Positions 24,973 to 34,896 of a DNA stretch of 64,000 nucleotides are shown in pieces. Each line of letters starts with the position of its first letter. Positions within the stretch are counted from its first letter, which is position 1. Under the pieces are notes generated by a model. That model saw only the letters and a list, made by a program, of their open reading frames with translations. It made no database searches and was not told the origin of the DNA. The DNA is taken from IMG/VR virus record IMGVR_UViG_3300021979_000004, positions 32,001 to 96,000 of that record. One strand, given 5' to 3'. The DNA is from a virus. Lineage: Duplodnaviria; Caudoviricetes. Position numbers and translations under genes: made by a program.

Positions 24973-25263
24973 ATGACTAACGCATCTACTACTCAAGCAC
25001 AAACCACTCGTCCTGTAGGTCGTCCGCTGTCCAAGCGCGGTCGTAGCGCAAAACGTGCAGTCGAGAAGTTTCTGGAACAGCACGAAGGTCAGTTCACTGC
25101 CGCTGATGTACGTCGAGTAGCCAAGCAGTCCAAGGTTACTGTACGTAACCGCCTGAACGCTCTGGTTGCCGCTGGTGCCATCAAGCAAGTTGCCAGTGTA
25201 CCGGTTCAGAAGGCAGGTAAAGCTACTCGTGGTCGTCCTCTGGCGGTTTACGAAAAAGCATAA
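24973..25263 (+). CDS. basic winged-helix DNA-binding protein flanked by GRP (AT-hook-like) motifs
   Basis: RPVGRP...FTAADV...SKVTVRNRLNALVAAGAI...RGRP; GAGG RBS; higher GC and biased codon use. Confidence 0.75.
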   Translation: MTNASTTQAQTTRPVGRPLSKRGRSAKRAVEKFLEQHEGQFTAADVRRVAKQSKVTVRNRLNALVAAGAIKQVASVPVQKAGKATRGRPLAVYEKA

Positions 25264-25271
25264 GGAAAGTG

Positions 25272-25301
25272 TTGACAGGGATGTCCTTTTAGGATTATAA
25301 T
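25272..25301 (+). promoter_or_regulatory. sigma70-type promoter with no long downstream ORF
   Basis: TTGACA-18-TATAAT. Confidence 0.7.
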
Positions 25302-25528
25302 GAAGTCCTAAGATCGAAAAAGTAAAGAGACAACTAGATAACTAGGAATAAGGGGGGTAGGTTATGTAATACTTTAAACTTAATAATATTTTAAATATAT
25401 AGATAGAGTAAACTTAGACAAATGAAAAAGTGTAAAAGAGAATCTAACTAATATAGGAGAAATTATTATGCGTTAATACATAACTTATAATACTTTTTAA
25501 TTTTCAAAATATCTAAGACGAAGAAAAG

Positions 25529-25557
25529 AAAAAGGGGTCAATTAAGACCCCTTTTTT
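25529..25557. terminator. bidirectional terminator
   Basis: AAAAAGGGGTC/GACCCCTTTTT. Confidence 0.85.
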
Positions 25558-26414
25558 ATTTTTAGTACTTCAGAAAGAAAGTCGTTGAAATTCTCAGCAT
25601 ATACTGCCGCTATCTCATCTGCTTGAATCATAATCTCTTCGTTATTAATATCATGCATTGATTGAGTAACTTCAATACTATTAACATAGTTATTGAACTG
25701 CTTGAATATTTTCTTTCCATATTCATAAAAACGCTTCTCTAGAATCTTCACATCACTCTGCTTATAGTTACTAATCCCTTCTGGATCGTTGTAATATTCA
25801 GATGCCATCTTACGTGCTAACTTTTTAAGAGACTTATCAAATGTCTTTAGATTCTTAAAATCGAATTCATATCTTTCGAAGGTATCAGTTAGACTTTCCA
25901 TGATCATTTCATCGTAAGTATCTTGGAATTGTAATAGAACTTCATTGACAATAAAGAATATCATATCACTGTCGGTATTGTAATGTGCAGTAAAATCTTT
26001 AACATTTTCACTATAAAACAAACGATAATCGCCTAATGGAAACAGTACATATGGGTTGCCATATTCTGACGCTGTTTTTATATTCTTATCAGCAAAGATA
26101 AGATTTCTAATTGGGACACCAAACTTTTCGCTTGATAGCATGTTTACATATTTGTGAATTTCTATATTAGTATCAGTGGGAATACGATTCTCACTGTATG
26201 GCGTAATAACAAGATATGGAGTTGTATATTTGTGTGATCCACGAAAAATATTGGCAAACTCATTCACTAAGTTATCGTTTTCCAAGTCTTCAGGTTCGAG
26301 TGTTTTTAATTGCATACTGTACATTTCGTTGAAGTACTTTGAGTTAGCAACACGTTCTATGATCTGCCTATAGTTTCCTTGGTTGTCGTCTTCTAATAAA
26401 TGTTTTATTAGCAT
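25542..26414 (-). CDS. late protein, ADP-ribosyltransferase-like fold (tentative); paralog of the next gene
   Basis: MLIKHLLE start; IFRG...LIFA...YGNPYVLFPLGDY. Confidence 0.7.
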   Translation of the reverse strand: MLIKHLLEDDNQGNYRQIIERVANSKYFNEMYSMQLKTLEPEDLENDNLVNEFANIFRGSHKYTTPYLVITPYSENRIPTDTNIEIHKYVNMLSSEKFGVPIRNLIFADKNIKTASEYGNPYVLFPLGDYRLFYSENVKDFTAHYNTDSDMIFFIVNEVLLQFQDTYDEMIMESLTDTFERYEFDFKNLKTFDKSLKKLARKMASEYYNDPEGISNYKQSDVKILEKRFYEYGKKIFKQFNNYVNSIEVTQSMHDINNEEIMIQADEIAAVYAENFNDFLSEVLKIKKGS

Positions 26415-27259
26415 TATTTCCTATACCTTTTAGTCATTTCTATAAAAAATTCATATTCTAGTTTAATATCGATTGCTATTATTTCAGGAGATTGTATCAT
26501 TGCTTCAGCATTACCAACATCACCAACCATCTTTGTCACCTTCATATCAGTAACGTATTTCTCTATGGCATCAAGTTGTCCATTTATATATTCGGATATT
26601 GTTTCATGTAACAACTCTTCTGAAACGACAACTTTTTCATAGGTATCCTGCACACTTTTATATATAATTTCCGAAACTTTTTTGAGATTTCGGTTTATTG
26701 TTTCTCGAAAACTTTTATGATCTTCAACTGGTATACCATCAATTAATACTTCCACATCCATTTTAACAGGAACGTAAGCCTTATAGTTACCAAACAACTT
26801 CCTCATAGCTCTCATAACCATTGTTGAGAGCTTTATATCTGCGTCATAAGAAGTAGTAAAGTCTCTGACTTTATCATTGTAGTATATATTGTAATCACCA
26901 ATTGGAAACAAAAGATAAGGGTTCCCATAATCTTTTAATGGACCCGCATGAAGTCTGGAAAAGATTAAGTCACGAACACTTACCCCAAGAACTTCATTAC
27001 TTTTACTATTAGCAAATGCATGATACTGTAAGATCGTATCAAGTGGCTTTCTTTTTTTGTAAGGTTTGATTATAGTAACAGGCTTAACTGACTCCATACC
27101 ACGATACAGCTTACGGATTGGATCATCATCGATATCACGGTTTTTATCATTAAGCCATGATTCATAGTTATTTTTGAAGAATTCCGAGTTTCTAATTTGA
27201 TCAAAGACCTCATCTGGTATAAAAGAAACCTCATTCTCAAATAATTGTTTTATTAGCAT
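26414..27259 (-). CDS. late protein, ADP-ribosyltransferase-like fold (tentative)
   Basis: MLIKQLFE start; LYRG...LIFS...YGNPYLLFPIGDY; upstream TAAATA. Confidence 0.7.
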   Translation of the reverse strand: MLIKQLFENEVSFIPDEVFDQIRNSEFFKNNYESWLNDKNRDIDDDPIRKLYRGMESVKPVTIIKPYKKRKPLDTILQYHAFANSKSNEVLGVSVRDLIFSRLHAGPLKDYGNPYLLFPIGDYNIYYNDKVRDFTTSYDADIKLSTMVMRAMRKLFGNYKAYVPVKMDVEVLIDGIPVEDHKSFRETINRNLKKVSEIIYKSVQDTYEKVVVSEELLHETISEYINGQLDAIEKYVTDMKVTKMVGDVGNAEAMIQSPEIIAIDIKLEYEFFIEMTKRYRK

Positions 27260-27356
27260 TTATCTATTTCCTAGTTTATTAATATTTATTCTTTACACAA
27301 AACAATCTTTTGTTACTATAAATAGTATAAACAATGAACACATAGGAAGGTAAATT

Positions 27357-27920
27357 ATGGCTAATTTTGAAATAACAGATTTAAGTAAGTTCCTTGAAGA
27401 ACAATCTGAAGAAATTAAAGTTGTAGAAGAAAAGAAAGACAAAGTTGAAGATAAAGAGGAAACCATGGAAGATGAGCATGGTGAAGTTGATGAAGAAGAT
27501 GTATTAATGCCACCTGAAGACTCTGAGGGAGAAGATAGCTCATATGATGGCGATATGCCAGAACACTGCGAAAACTTCTGCCTACAGTCCATGAGAATGT
27601 ATGTGAACGTGCACCTATGGCATTTCCAAACAGATAGCTATGCAGAACACGAAGCATTGGAAGATTATTACGAAGACTTATTTGAGTTGACCGATACCTT
27701 TGTTGAAACAACTATTGCAAACCAAGGTTCTTTATCGTGTGACCATTCCTATAACTTAGAAATTCTACCTTATAGTGAAATGCTCGATGAGATTGAATCG
27801 TATAAGGAATTGGTGGAGCAACATAAAGAAGGTATTGAAGACGAAGGTATGGTTAATACACTTGATGATATTTTGACTATTACCGACGAAGTACTATATA
27901 AGTTGAAGAATTTGAAATGA
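27357..27920 (+). CDS. ferritin/Dps-like four-helix protein (DUF5856-like) with acidic N-terminal extension
   Basis: HLWHFQTDSYAEHEALEDYY...D.FVE...LYKL; TATAAATA upstream. Confidence 0.8.
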   Translation: MANFEITDLSKFLEEQSEEIKVVEEKKDKVEDKEETMEDEHGEVDEEDVLMPPEDSEGEDSSYDGDMPEHCENFCLQSMRMYVNVHLWHFQTDSYAEHEALEDYYEDLFELTDTFVETTIANQGSLSCDHSYNLEILPYSEMLDEIESYKELVEQHKEGIEDEGMVNTLDDILTITDEVLYKLKNLK

Positions 27921-27930
27921 GGTGTGAATC

Positions 27931-28323
27931 ATGTGGGAAAAAATCAAACGACATTGGGTTAGATACTTGACTATTTTTGTGACTGTTCTAATACCCTTAT
28001 TTGCATGGGTTGGTGGATTTTTTCCCACATTTGTAAGTGCTGAAGACTTACAGGTATATGAAAGACGTTTTCAGGATTTAGATATCAAGCAAACTGATTT
28101 GGCTATTGAATTTAAAAGATCAGAAAGGGAAGACACTGAAGAAGATAGGTTACGTATAGAAAGGGAAATATTTAATATTCAAAGAGAAAATGATGATGTG
28201 CCACCTTTTTATATTGAACAGCAATTAAGATATGAACAAAAAATAGACAGGTTAAACCAAGATATTGAAGACCTTAGACAATACCGCTTGGATAGTCAAC
28301 AAAGCGGGGGGAGTATACAGTAA
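27931..28323 (+). CDS. single-TM coiled-coil membrane protein (lysis accessory possible)
   Basis: N-terminal TM segment followed by heptads. Confidence 0.7.
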   Translation: MWEKIKRHWVRYLTIFVTVLIPLFAWVGGFFPTFVSAEDLQVYERRFQDLDIKQTDLAIEFKRSEREDTEEDRLRIEREIFNIQRENDDVPPFYIEQQLRYEQKIDRLNQDIEDLRQYRLDSQQSGGSIQ

Positions 28324-28808
28324 TGGATTTGTTAGTTACATTTGATAATGGTATGATAGTGATTGAAGATATGAGCCGTAAAGCACGTGCCGGTCTTCGT
28401 CGTGATAATGACGTAATGTCTATGTTTTATTTCTTCAATGGTGATTATGAAATCACAGAAAAAGAAGATAGTTATCTAATTGTGGGCGACCGTAAAGGGT
28501 TATTTGCTATCCCTGAAAAGAAAATTATTCCACGTGATATTCTTGACGCACACCACATTCCAACAAAGCGTTTAAGAAAAGCTATACGCAATCCTCTTGA
28601 TATTTTCAGAACACGCCCTAGCTGCTACATGGCGGATGACAGAATGGTTATTCCGTTGACTGAAATACATAAGCATGTTACCATTGAAGTTCCTAAAAAC
28701 ATTGCAGTTAGATTAAAGCAAGGTGAGTGGTTCTTCGATGAAGATGAGAATGAATCTAAACCTGTGGAAAAGGGTTTGATAGACCCTGAGAAAAAATCTG
28801 ACTCTTAA
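28323..28808 (+). CDS. hypothetical protein
   Basis: TAATG coupling. Confidence 0.8.
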   Translation: MDLLVTFDNGMIVIEDMSRKARAGLRRDNDVMSMFYFFNGDYEITEKEDSYLIVGDRKGLFAIPEKKIIPRDILDAHHIPTKRLRKAIRNPLDIFRTRPSCYMADDRMVIPLTEIHKHVTIEVPKNIAVRLKQGEWFFDEDENESKPVEKGLIDPEKKSDS

Positions 28809-28828
28809 CTTTTAACTAGAGATATTGT

Positions 28829-29908
28829 ATGAAAGTTGTTAATCTCTCAGAGTTTGTTTCTGACAATTCCTGTCGTTACGACTCGGAAATGACCCCTAAG
28901 CTTTCAAAAAAGTTTTTCCGTAAAGAAGATTTAATTGATGAAGTTGTAAATGATACAGAACTGTTTGATTTGTATGGATTGCTTTACATCTATCGATCAT
29001 ACTTTTTAATTTTAAATGGATCAATCGTTCAGAAGATTCTAGAGCGTTGTCTTGACTTTATGGCAACTAATCCCCATGCCGTTCCCGAATATATGTTTAA
29101 ATCGGTAATGCGTCCATTAAACAACGATAAGGTTTTAACCAATAACTATCGCAATGATAATGTTCGTAGTGTTAATATTAATACAATCCTAAGCTTCGTT
29201 AATGACTTAGTAGAATCACGAATTGTGGAACAGCATTACGCGGAATATGAAGTATTACTAAAAAAAGTTGACGAAGTAACTGATAAATATTTCCCCGGCT
29301 ATAAAATCCAGATGGTCTTACTGGACGATGTAATAGCTGGTTCCGAATCACATACAAGAATACTCTCTGGGGAAAGTGTTAAAAATCCCAATAGCAGACA
29401 TTTAGAAAATGTTTCAAATAATTATTACTTAGAAAAACCTATCAACAAAACGATAGGTAAAGAATTACTAATATATAACATGATAGTTACACAATATACC
29501 AGAGATTGTGTTGAGTCACTATCAAGTAATATGATGATTGTTTTCAATACAGATGAAGTTGAAAACTATAGAGAAAAAATTACTAAAAATATAGTTTTCT
29601 TTAACGGCGTAAAAAGGTATACTTGTTTCTGTTCTTGGAATGATATGCGCCAATGGGTAGCCAACAATTCTAAAAGGATTGAAGATGTTATTGGTATGAT
29701 CAAAAGCGTAAGACAGGGTGATGCTGTAATACCCAAGGACAATACTGTATTGTATGATTACTTTACTGTATTGAAAGCGCCACTATTTAATCACGTGGAT
29801 TCTCTTAAAGTAGGATGCACTCGTGAAGATATAGAGAGGAATAAAAATAGGCAAAAGCTTTTTGCAGGAATGGAAACCATTCTTGAAAGACAATTAGGCA
29901 ACAAGTGA
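28829..29908 (+). CDS. hypothetical protein
   Basis: 359-aa ORF. Confidence 0.8.
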   Translation: MKVVNLSEFVSDNSCRYDSEMTPKLSKKFFRKEDLIDEVVNDTELFDLYGLLYIYRSYFLILNGSIVQKILERCLDFMATNPHAVPEYMFKSVMRPLNNDKVLTNNYRNDNVRSVNINTILSFVNDLVESRIVEQHYAEYEVLLKKVDEVTDKYFPGYKIQMVLLDDVIAGSESHTRILSGESVKNPNSRHLENVSNNYYLEKPINKTIGKELLIYNMIVTQYTRDCVESLSSNMMIVFNTDEVENYREKITKNIVFFNGVKRYTCFCSWNDMRQWVANNSKRIEDVIGMIKSVRQGDAVIPKDNTVLYDYFTVLKAPLFNHVDSLKVGCTREDIERNKNRQKLFAGMETILERQLGNK

Positions 29909-29914
29909 GGAAAT

Positions 29915-30418
29915 ATGATTAAAGATATTGTTTTATATAAACCGCGTTCAGATAATAGCATACTGACTACTGCTATTCCTGAGAAAGATTATAGTGATGA
30001 AGAAATTCGTCAGACACTACACCAAGTTCTTGAAGAAAATAGAGTTCATCATAAAGGATTGGGTATTGCCGCCAATCAGCTTGGAATGCATGAACGTGCA
30101 TTTAACATCGAAGGAAAGACTTATTTCAATCCGAAAGTTCTCGGCAAGGCAGAAGATTCTTATGAACCATTCAGCGAAGGTTGTCTTTCATTCCTGAGTG
30201 TACGTGCTTCTATTAAACGTGCAAATGAAATTCAAGTCAGTTACATAGATATAGAAGGTAATGTTATTGAAGAGGAACTTGATGGTATTGATGCCATTGC
30301 GTTTCAGCATGAACTTGATCATCTAGAAGGGATTACGATGGTTGATAATATCGACTCTAATATTCAGAAAAAGAAGTTTATGGAGAAGTACAAAAAAGCC
30401 CTTAAGAAACACAAGTAA
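29915..30418 (+). CDS. def: peptide deformylase
   Basis: All three PDF motifs: GLGIAANQLG, EGCLSF, QHELDHLEG. Confidence 0.95.
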   Translation: MIKDIVLYKPRSDNSILTTAIPEKDYSDEEIRQTLHQVLEENRVHHKGLGIAANQLGMHERAFNIEGKTYFNPKVLGKAEDSYEPFSEGCLSFLSVRASIKRANEIQVSYIDIEGNVIEEELDGIDAIAFQHELDHLEGITMVDNIDSNIQKKKFMEKYKKALKKHK

Positions 30419-30429
30419 GAGAACCATAT

Positions 30430-30921
30430 ATGAACCTAGCACAAATCCGTGATGTTATTAGTAATAATTTTAAACGGGTACAGGAAGACCCTTGTGAACT
30501 CAGTCATCTATTGACTCTTAAGGTACAGAAACCAGAAATAGACTTTATTATTTGTGACGATTCCGTCAACCCATACCAAATGTTTGACCAATATTTTTTC
30601 AGAAACAATTTTAGAATCAATAAACATAATATCATCATTCCAAAATACATTCTTGAAAAAATTTACAATACTGGATTTCATGCTGGTGAGTCTGCAATTG
30701 AATACCGAGACTATAGGGGCATTAGTCCACTAAAGATGAAGAAGAGTGAATTTGTGACAGCTATTGCTGTTCACGAACTTTCTCATGTTTTTCAACTGTA
30801 CATTCAAGATTACATTTCTGATGATGATCATACTGAAGAATTTTACGATGTACTGGAATCGTTTTATGACTCGCCATTTGTCAATAAACTAAATCAAGAC
30901 CTAAGTTTTCTTAATATATAA
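30430..30921 (+). CDS. HExxH zincin (SprT-like) metalloprotease domain protein
   Basis: AVHELSHVFQ...DDHTEEF. Confidence 0.75.
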   Translation: MNLAQIRDVISNNFKRVQEDPCELSHLLTLKVQKPEIDFIICDDSVNPYQMFDQYFFRNNFRINKHNIIIPKYILEKIYNTGFHAGESAIEYRDYRGISPLKMKKSEFVTAIAVHELSHVFQLYIQDYISDDDHTEEFYDVLESFYDSPFVNKLNQDLSFLNI

Positions 30922-30990
30922 GTACCGTCACATTTTGATAAATAATATGTATAGATAACAAGTATAATAATATTAAAAGGATGGCGCAAT

Positions 30991-32317
30991 ATGCCAAAAA
31001 TAACAATATCTTCAAATTTATTAATGAGAAAACTCCGTATTGATGATGGTCAAGATAACAATGGGGGTGGAAATGAAAACACAGGCCCATATCCATACAG
31101 TGTTCTAAACTTAGAATATGTTAATAGTTTATCTGTTAGTATTTTCGAAAATGCTAGCGAGGGTTTGTCTGCAAAACCCGATGGTACTAGAATGTATGTG
31201 TATGGTTTAAGTGGGAATGATGTGACTCAGTTTAATTTATCAGAGCCATGGAACTACTGCTATAGCAAGAGAAAACTCTCCTGTATTTGACAGTGAAACA
31301 CAATATGGTAATGAAATATTTTTTAAGCCTGATGGTACAAAGTTCTATTTAACAACACAAAATAGTACAATTCACCAGTATTCACTTTCTACGCCATGGG
31401 AAGTAGATACAATGACTTATGATAATGTTATGTTAGATTATAGTCAAACGCCTATCGCAGATTATACTAGCTCTTTATCTATTACTAATGATGGTGTTAA
31501 TGTGTATATGGCGAAGGATGGAACCATCCATAGGTTCGAAATGTCAGTTCCATGGGATATTTCTACTGCTACGTGGCAAGAATCTGCCAATACAACCGCC
31601 AGAAATGGTTCTGTTATAAATGACTTAACTATGGATAGTACTGGTACAAAACTTATTGTATTAGATACACTATTTGAAATGGACACGTTCTTTGATCTTT
31701 ATGATTTGTCTACACCAAATGATCTTAGCACTATGACGTACAATTCAACATATACAGTAGATACTAATATAGTACAACAGGCCGAATCAATCTATATAGA
31801 TACTACCAACGAAACTGAAATGTATGTACTCGCAAATAATAAAGTTCACCGTTATGTATTCTATGAGCTACCAGAAGTAATTCCACTATGGCATGAGTCT
31901 AACTGGAATCTTACTGATTGGGGTCTAAATGATGCAGGCGGTGAGTGGATAACTCCTACTGAGCTTGCCTTTACTGGTTATTCTGGTAATGCTAATACTA
32001 CATTATTTGAGTATAAAGGTGAAAATGGTATTCCAGAATCTGTAGGATTACAACTATCGCTTACTATCGAATTCCAAGATACAAGTGGAGAAGTTGTGTA
32101 TAGAGTATTTAACTTAGATGGTAACAGTCCAAGTGTAGATTCATATTTCTATCCGCCTGCTAATGGGGAACCCGTTACAGTAGTATCTGATCCTGTTCCA
32201 TCATCAGATATAAAATCGGTGGCGTTATTTAATAACTATGGCGCATCCCAACCCTTTAAAATAATTAATGCCGAACTGGTAAATCCTTTTGGTGAAGGTG
32301 CCGAAGGCGGACCATAA
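30991..32317 (+). pseudogene. frameshifted beta-propeller/fibre gene (track ORFs 30991..31290 and 31412..32317 are one gene)
   Basis: Repeats of KPDGT.....Q..LS.PW continue in the second frame from 31253; frame break near 31252; late TAAATA upstream. Confidence 0.75.
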
Positions 32318-32332
32318 TTAAGGAGATTAAAA

Positions 32333-32650
32333 ATGATTAATAGTTGCCAATTAGAATCTGTCGTAGAACGTTTAAATACTGCGTTTGAAAAAACAGAAAA
32401 AGACTACGATAAAATTCTTAAAGATATTAGCTTAAATGAGTCTACGTTAATGAACAAGATTGAATCTGATCTGGATGACCTTTCTAGGAAGTTTGAGGCC
32501 GCTAAGAGAGGACTTCAGCTTGTAAACAAGCTTTCCATGGGGATGACAAAACTAAAGCATACACAGCGTGTGATGAGCAATCTAAGCACTCTTAGAAGCA
32601 GTATCTTAAACCTAGAGAAGAAGGTAAAAGAAATGCTTTCTAAAGCTTAA
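32333..32650 (+). CDS. coiled-coil protein
   Basis: AAGGAG RBS. Confidence 0.75.
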   Translation: MINSCQLESVVERLNTAFEKTEKDYDKILKDISLNESTLMNKIESDLDDLSRKFEAAKRGLQLVNKLSMGMTKLKHTQRVMSNLSTLRSSILNLEKKVKEMLSKA

Positions 32651-33021
32651 ACAATGTGAACAAACTTCTTTAGAAATTGACTTTCATTATCCCTCATGTA
32701 TTCATACTTCGAGGGATTTGTTATTTTAATGCGGTTATTATCGTGAACACTTATCAATAGTTTACAACGTATAACAAACTCTTTATAAACTGTGTCGTCG
32801 GTAGGAATATAACTGGTAACCGTAGTACTATCTTTACTGCTTTCAAAACAATCAACCTGTACTTTGAAGCCACATGGTATTTGCATTACATCCTTAAAGT
32901 ATTCTCGAATGTATTCCTGTATCAAGTGTTTGTAATCAGAAATGTCAGACGAAGCAGATTCATGGATAGAAACAATAACCATACCAAAATTGTAATAGTA
33001 ATGACGAAATTCTTCACTCAC
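32647..33021 (-). CDS. KLK-motif array protein 17
   Basis: NNRIKITNPSKY. Confidence 0.75.
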   Translation of the reverse strand: MSEEFRHYYYNFGMVIVSIHESASSDISDYKHLIQEYIREYFKDVMQIPCGFKVQVDCFESSKDSTTVTSYIPTDDTVYKEFVIRCKLLISVHDNNRIKITNPSKYEYMRDNESQFLKKFVHIV

Positions 33022-33347
33022 AAAAAGTCTTCCTTACATACTAATTGAGGGTGTTCTTTTCTCAAGTTTACATAAAGGTTCATATGTTTTAATTTAAAAT
33101 ATTGTAGAGAACGTTTATTTAAAAACTGTACTCTTATAACATATGCATCATAATGTCTACTGTAAAAAACATTCCCATAACTACTTTTAATTGTTGGATA
33201 GGTTATTTTAGTGAAAGCGTACCCGTAAAGTATTTGGTTGATACTTTTCACTTTCTGATTCATGTCATCTTCAGAAACATGATCAGGCTTCTTTATCTTG
33301 TAGTAATACGTCAGTTCTTTCTTCATTACTCGACAAATACCTTCCAA
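33018..33347 (-). CDS. KLK-motif array protein 16
   Basis: LQYFKLKHMNLY. Confidence 0.75.
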   Translation of the reverse strand: MEGICRVMKKELTYYYKIKKPDHVSEDDMNQKVKSINQILYGYAFTKITYPTIKSSYGNVFYSRHYDAYVIRVQFLNKRSLQYFKLKHMNLYVNLRKEHPQLVCKEDFL

Positions 33348-33822
33348 GATATTTATCGTTTTGAGTAATGATCATCTTGTTGATTCTATTGGAATTGTCA
33401 AAGTTAAGCTCAAACACAACGTAAGATTCTATGGCTAACAAGGTATACCGTTTATGTTCACTATCTGCAATCACACAGTCTATAGACCTTGAGTTATCCA
33501 TATAATGCTGAACCTTAGAATCTGGGTCTGTTTGGCATCTTCGGAAAGATACAAACCCTTCGAAATCAGACATATCTCTTTTTGAAAAATGCTCCCTAAC
33601 TTCTCTGTAAATTTCTTCAGACACATTTTTACGATTAGAGTTATCCGAGACTTCAGGAATAAGTAAAGTAATCATCATAGAAAATAATACTTCAATTGAC
33701 GTGTCGCCTGTACGTATAAAAGAAACTGGCTTAAACTTTATATACTTGTCATGTATAGACATTTCACTGCATAATCCACCAGACCGGAGCAAACATTTAT
33801 GGTATAAGTTAAAATGTTTCAT
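33283..33822 (-). CDS. KLK-motif array protein 15 (weak motif)
   Basis: FELNFDNSNRINKMIITQNDKY. Confidence 0.7.
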   Translation of the reverse strand: MKHFNLYHKCLLRSGGLCSEMSIHDKYIKFKPVSFIRTGDTSIEVLFSMMITLLIPEVSDNSNRKNVSEEIYREVREHFSKRDMSDFEGFVSFRRCQTDPDSKVQHYMDNSRSIDCVIADSEHKRYTLLAIESYVVFELNFDNSNRINKMIITQNDKYLGRYLSSNEERTDVLLQDKEA

Positions 33823-33823
33823 A

Positions 33824-34153
33824 TCAGATAACTCCCAAAAATACTATAATGTAGTCCTGCTCACCGTCGTTTTTTATATCACGTTTGTATAGTTCTAACA
33901 ATTCTATCTTGTTGAGAAGCTTAAGCTTATTGAATATTGAAGATTTCTTGTCATTGAATGTTACGGTAGCTTCCATACTACTAAGAATATCTTTTCGATC
34001 AAACATATCAGTCGCGTCTTCGTTTACTTCAACCGTTTCGACTGAAGAATTGCTAGGTAAAAAAGATGTTATCAAGTAATCTTGTATAAATCCTGCGGTA
34101 GGAGGTGCATCACTCCTAGCCACAAAATACATTTTAAACTTAAGCGTATACAC
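33824..34153 (-). CDS. KLK-motif array protein 14
   Basis: IFNKLKLLN. Confidence 0.75.
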   Translation of the reverse strand: MYTLKFKMYFVARSDAPPTAGFIQDYLITSFLPSNSSVETVEVNEDATDMFDRKDILSSMEATVTFNDKKSSIFNKLKLLNKIELLELYKRDIKNDGEQDYIIVFLGVI

Positions 34154-34545
34154 TAATCGATCACCTTCATTTTTGAAAACATTTGATACTCATCTGGGTT
34201 GGACAATTTAAACTTATTTAACTCTTTCTGTGACTCGAATGCTAACGTGACTACTGCGTCAATCTGCATATAACAGTCAAATGTACTGATGTAGTAATCA
34301 TCAATGTAGTAGTCTTCTATTGACATCATGCGGTATATATCATGTTTAAAATTGTCTGACAAAAATCGATCAATATGACACTCTGCTACTTCGTATATAA
34401 GGTCAACAAAAATTTCTGACCTAGCGAACTCTTCCGTAATAACTTCGTGGAAGGGTTCTGTAGCATCTAACATTATCTTTGCAGAAAGCGTTACCTTTTT
34501 AGATTCGGATGTCATAGCACTTCTTAATCTTATCGGCCAAGTCAT
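34153..34545 (-). CDS. KLK-motif array protein 13
   Basis: LAFESQKELNKFKLSNPDEY. Confidence 0.8.
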   Translation of the reverse strand: MTWPIRLRSAMTSESKKVTLSAKIMLDATEPFHEVITEEFARSEIFVDLIYEVAECHIDRFLSDNFKHDIYRMMSIEDYYIDDYYISTFDCYMQIDAVVTLAFESQKELNKFKLSNPDEYQMFSKMKVID

Positions 34546-34876
34546 AGTTAATGAGTTTAATACGATTCAAATCAGATGCGTTGGAAATTTCGAATCCAAT
34601 CTTAACTTCACACTTACTTATAACGTTTCGCAAAACTTGTGGATAGCGACTAATTACAATTTTATCAAACCGCACTTCCTTACGGATATGATTTTCCAAT
34701 AACTCGTAAGCTTCGTCCATACTTTCCGATGACATTAGGTTGACTAACGACTTCAAGAACGTATGATCTGTGATACTGACAGGTAGGATAGGAGCCTTCA
34801 TCACACTAAACTTCATTCGAATAATATCATCTTTTTCAAGCTTCATAACTATTCCTCTTTTACAACATTGTAACAT
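34499..34876 (-). CDS. KLK-motif array protein 12
   Basis: FEISNASDLNRIKLINY. Confidence 0.75.
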   Translation of the reverse strand: MLQCCKRGIVMKLEKDDIIRMKFSVMKAPILPVSITDHTFLKSLVNLMSSESMDEAYELLENHIRKEVRFDKIVISRYPQVLRNVISKCEVKIGFEISNASDLNRIKLINYDLADKIKKCYDIRI

Positions 34877-34896
34877 ATCGACTTAAGTAATGCACC

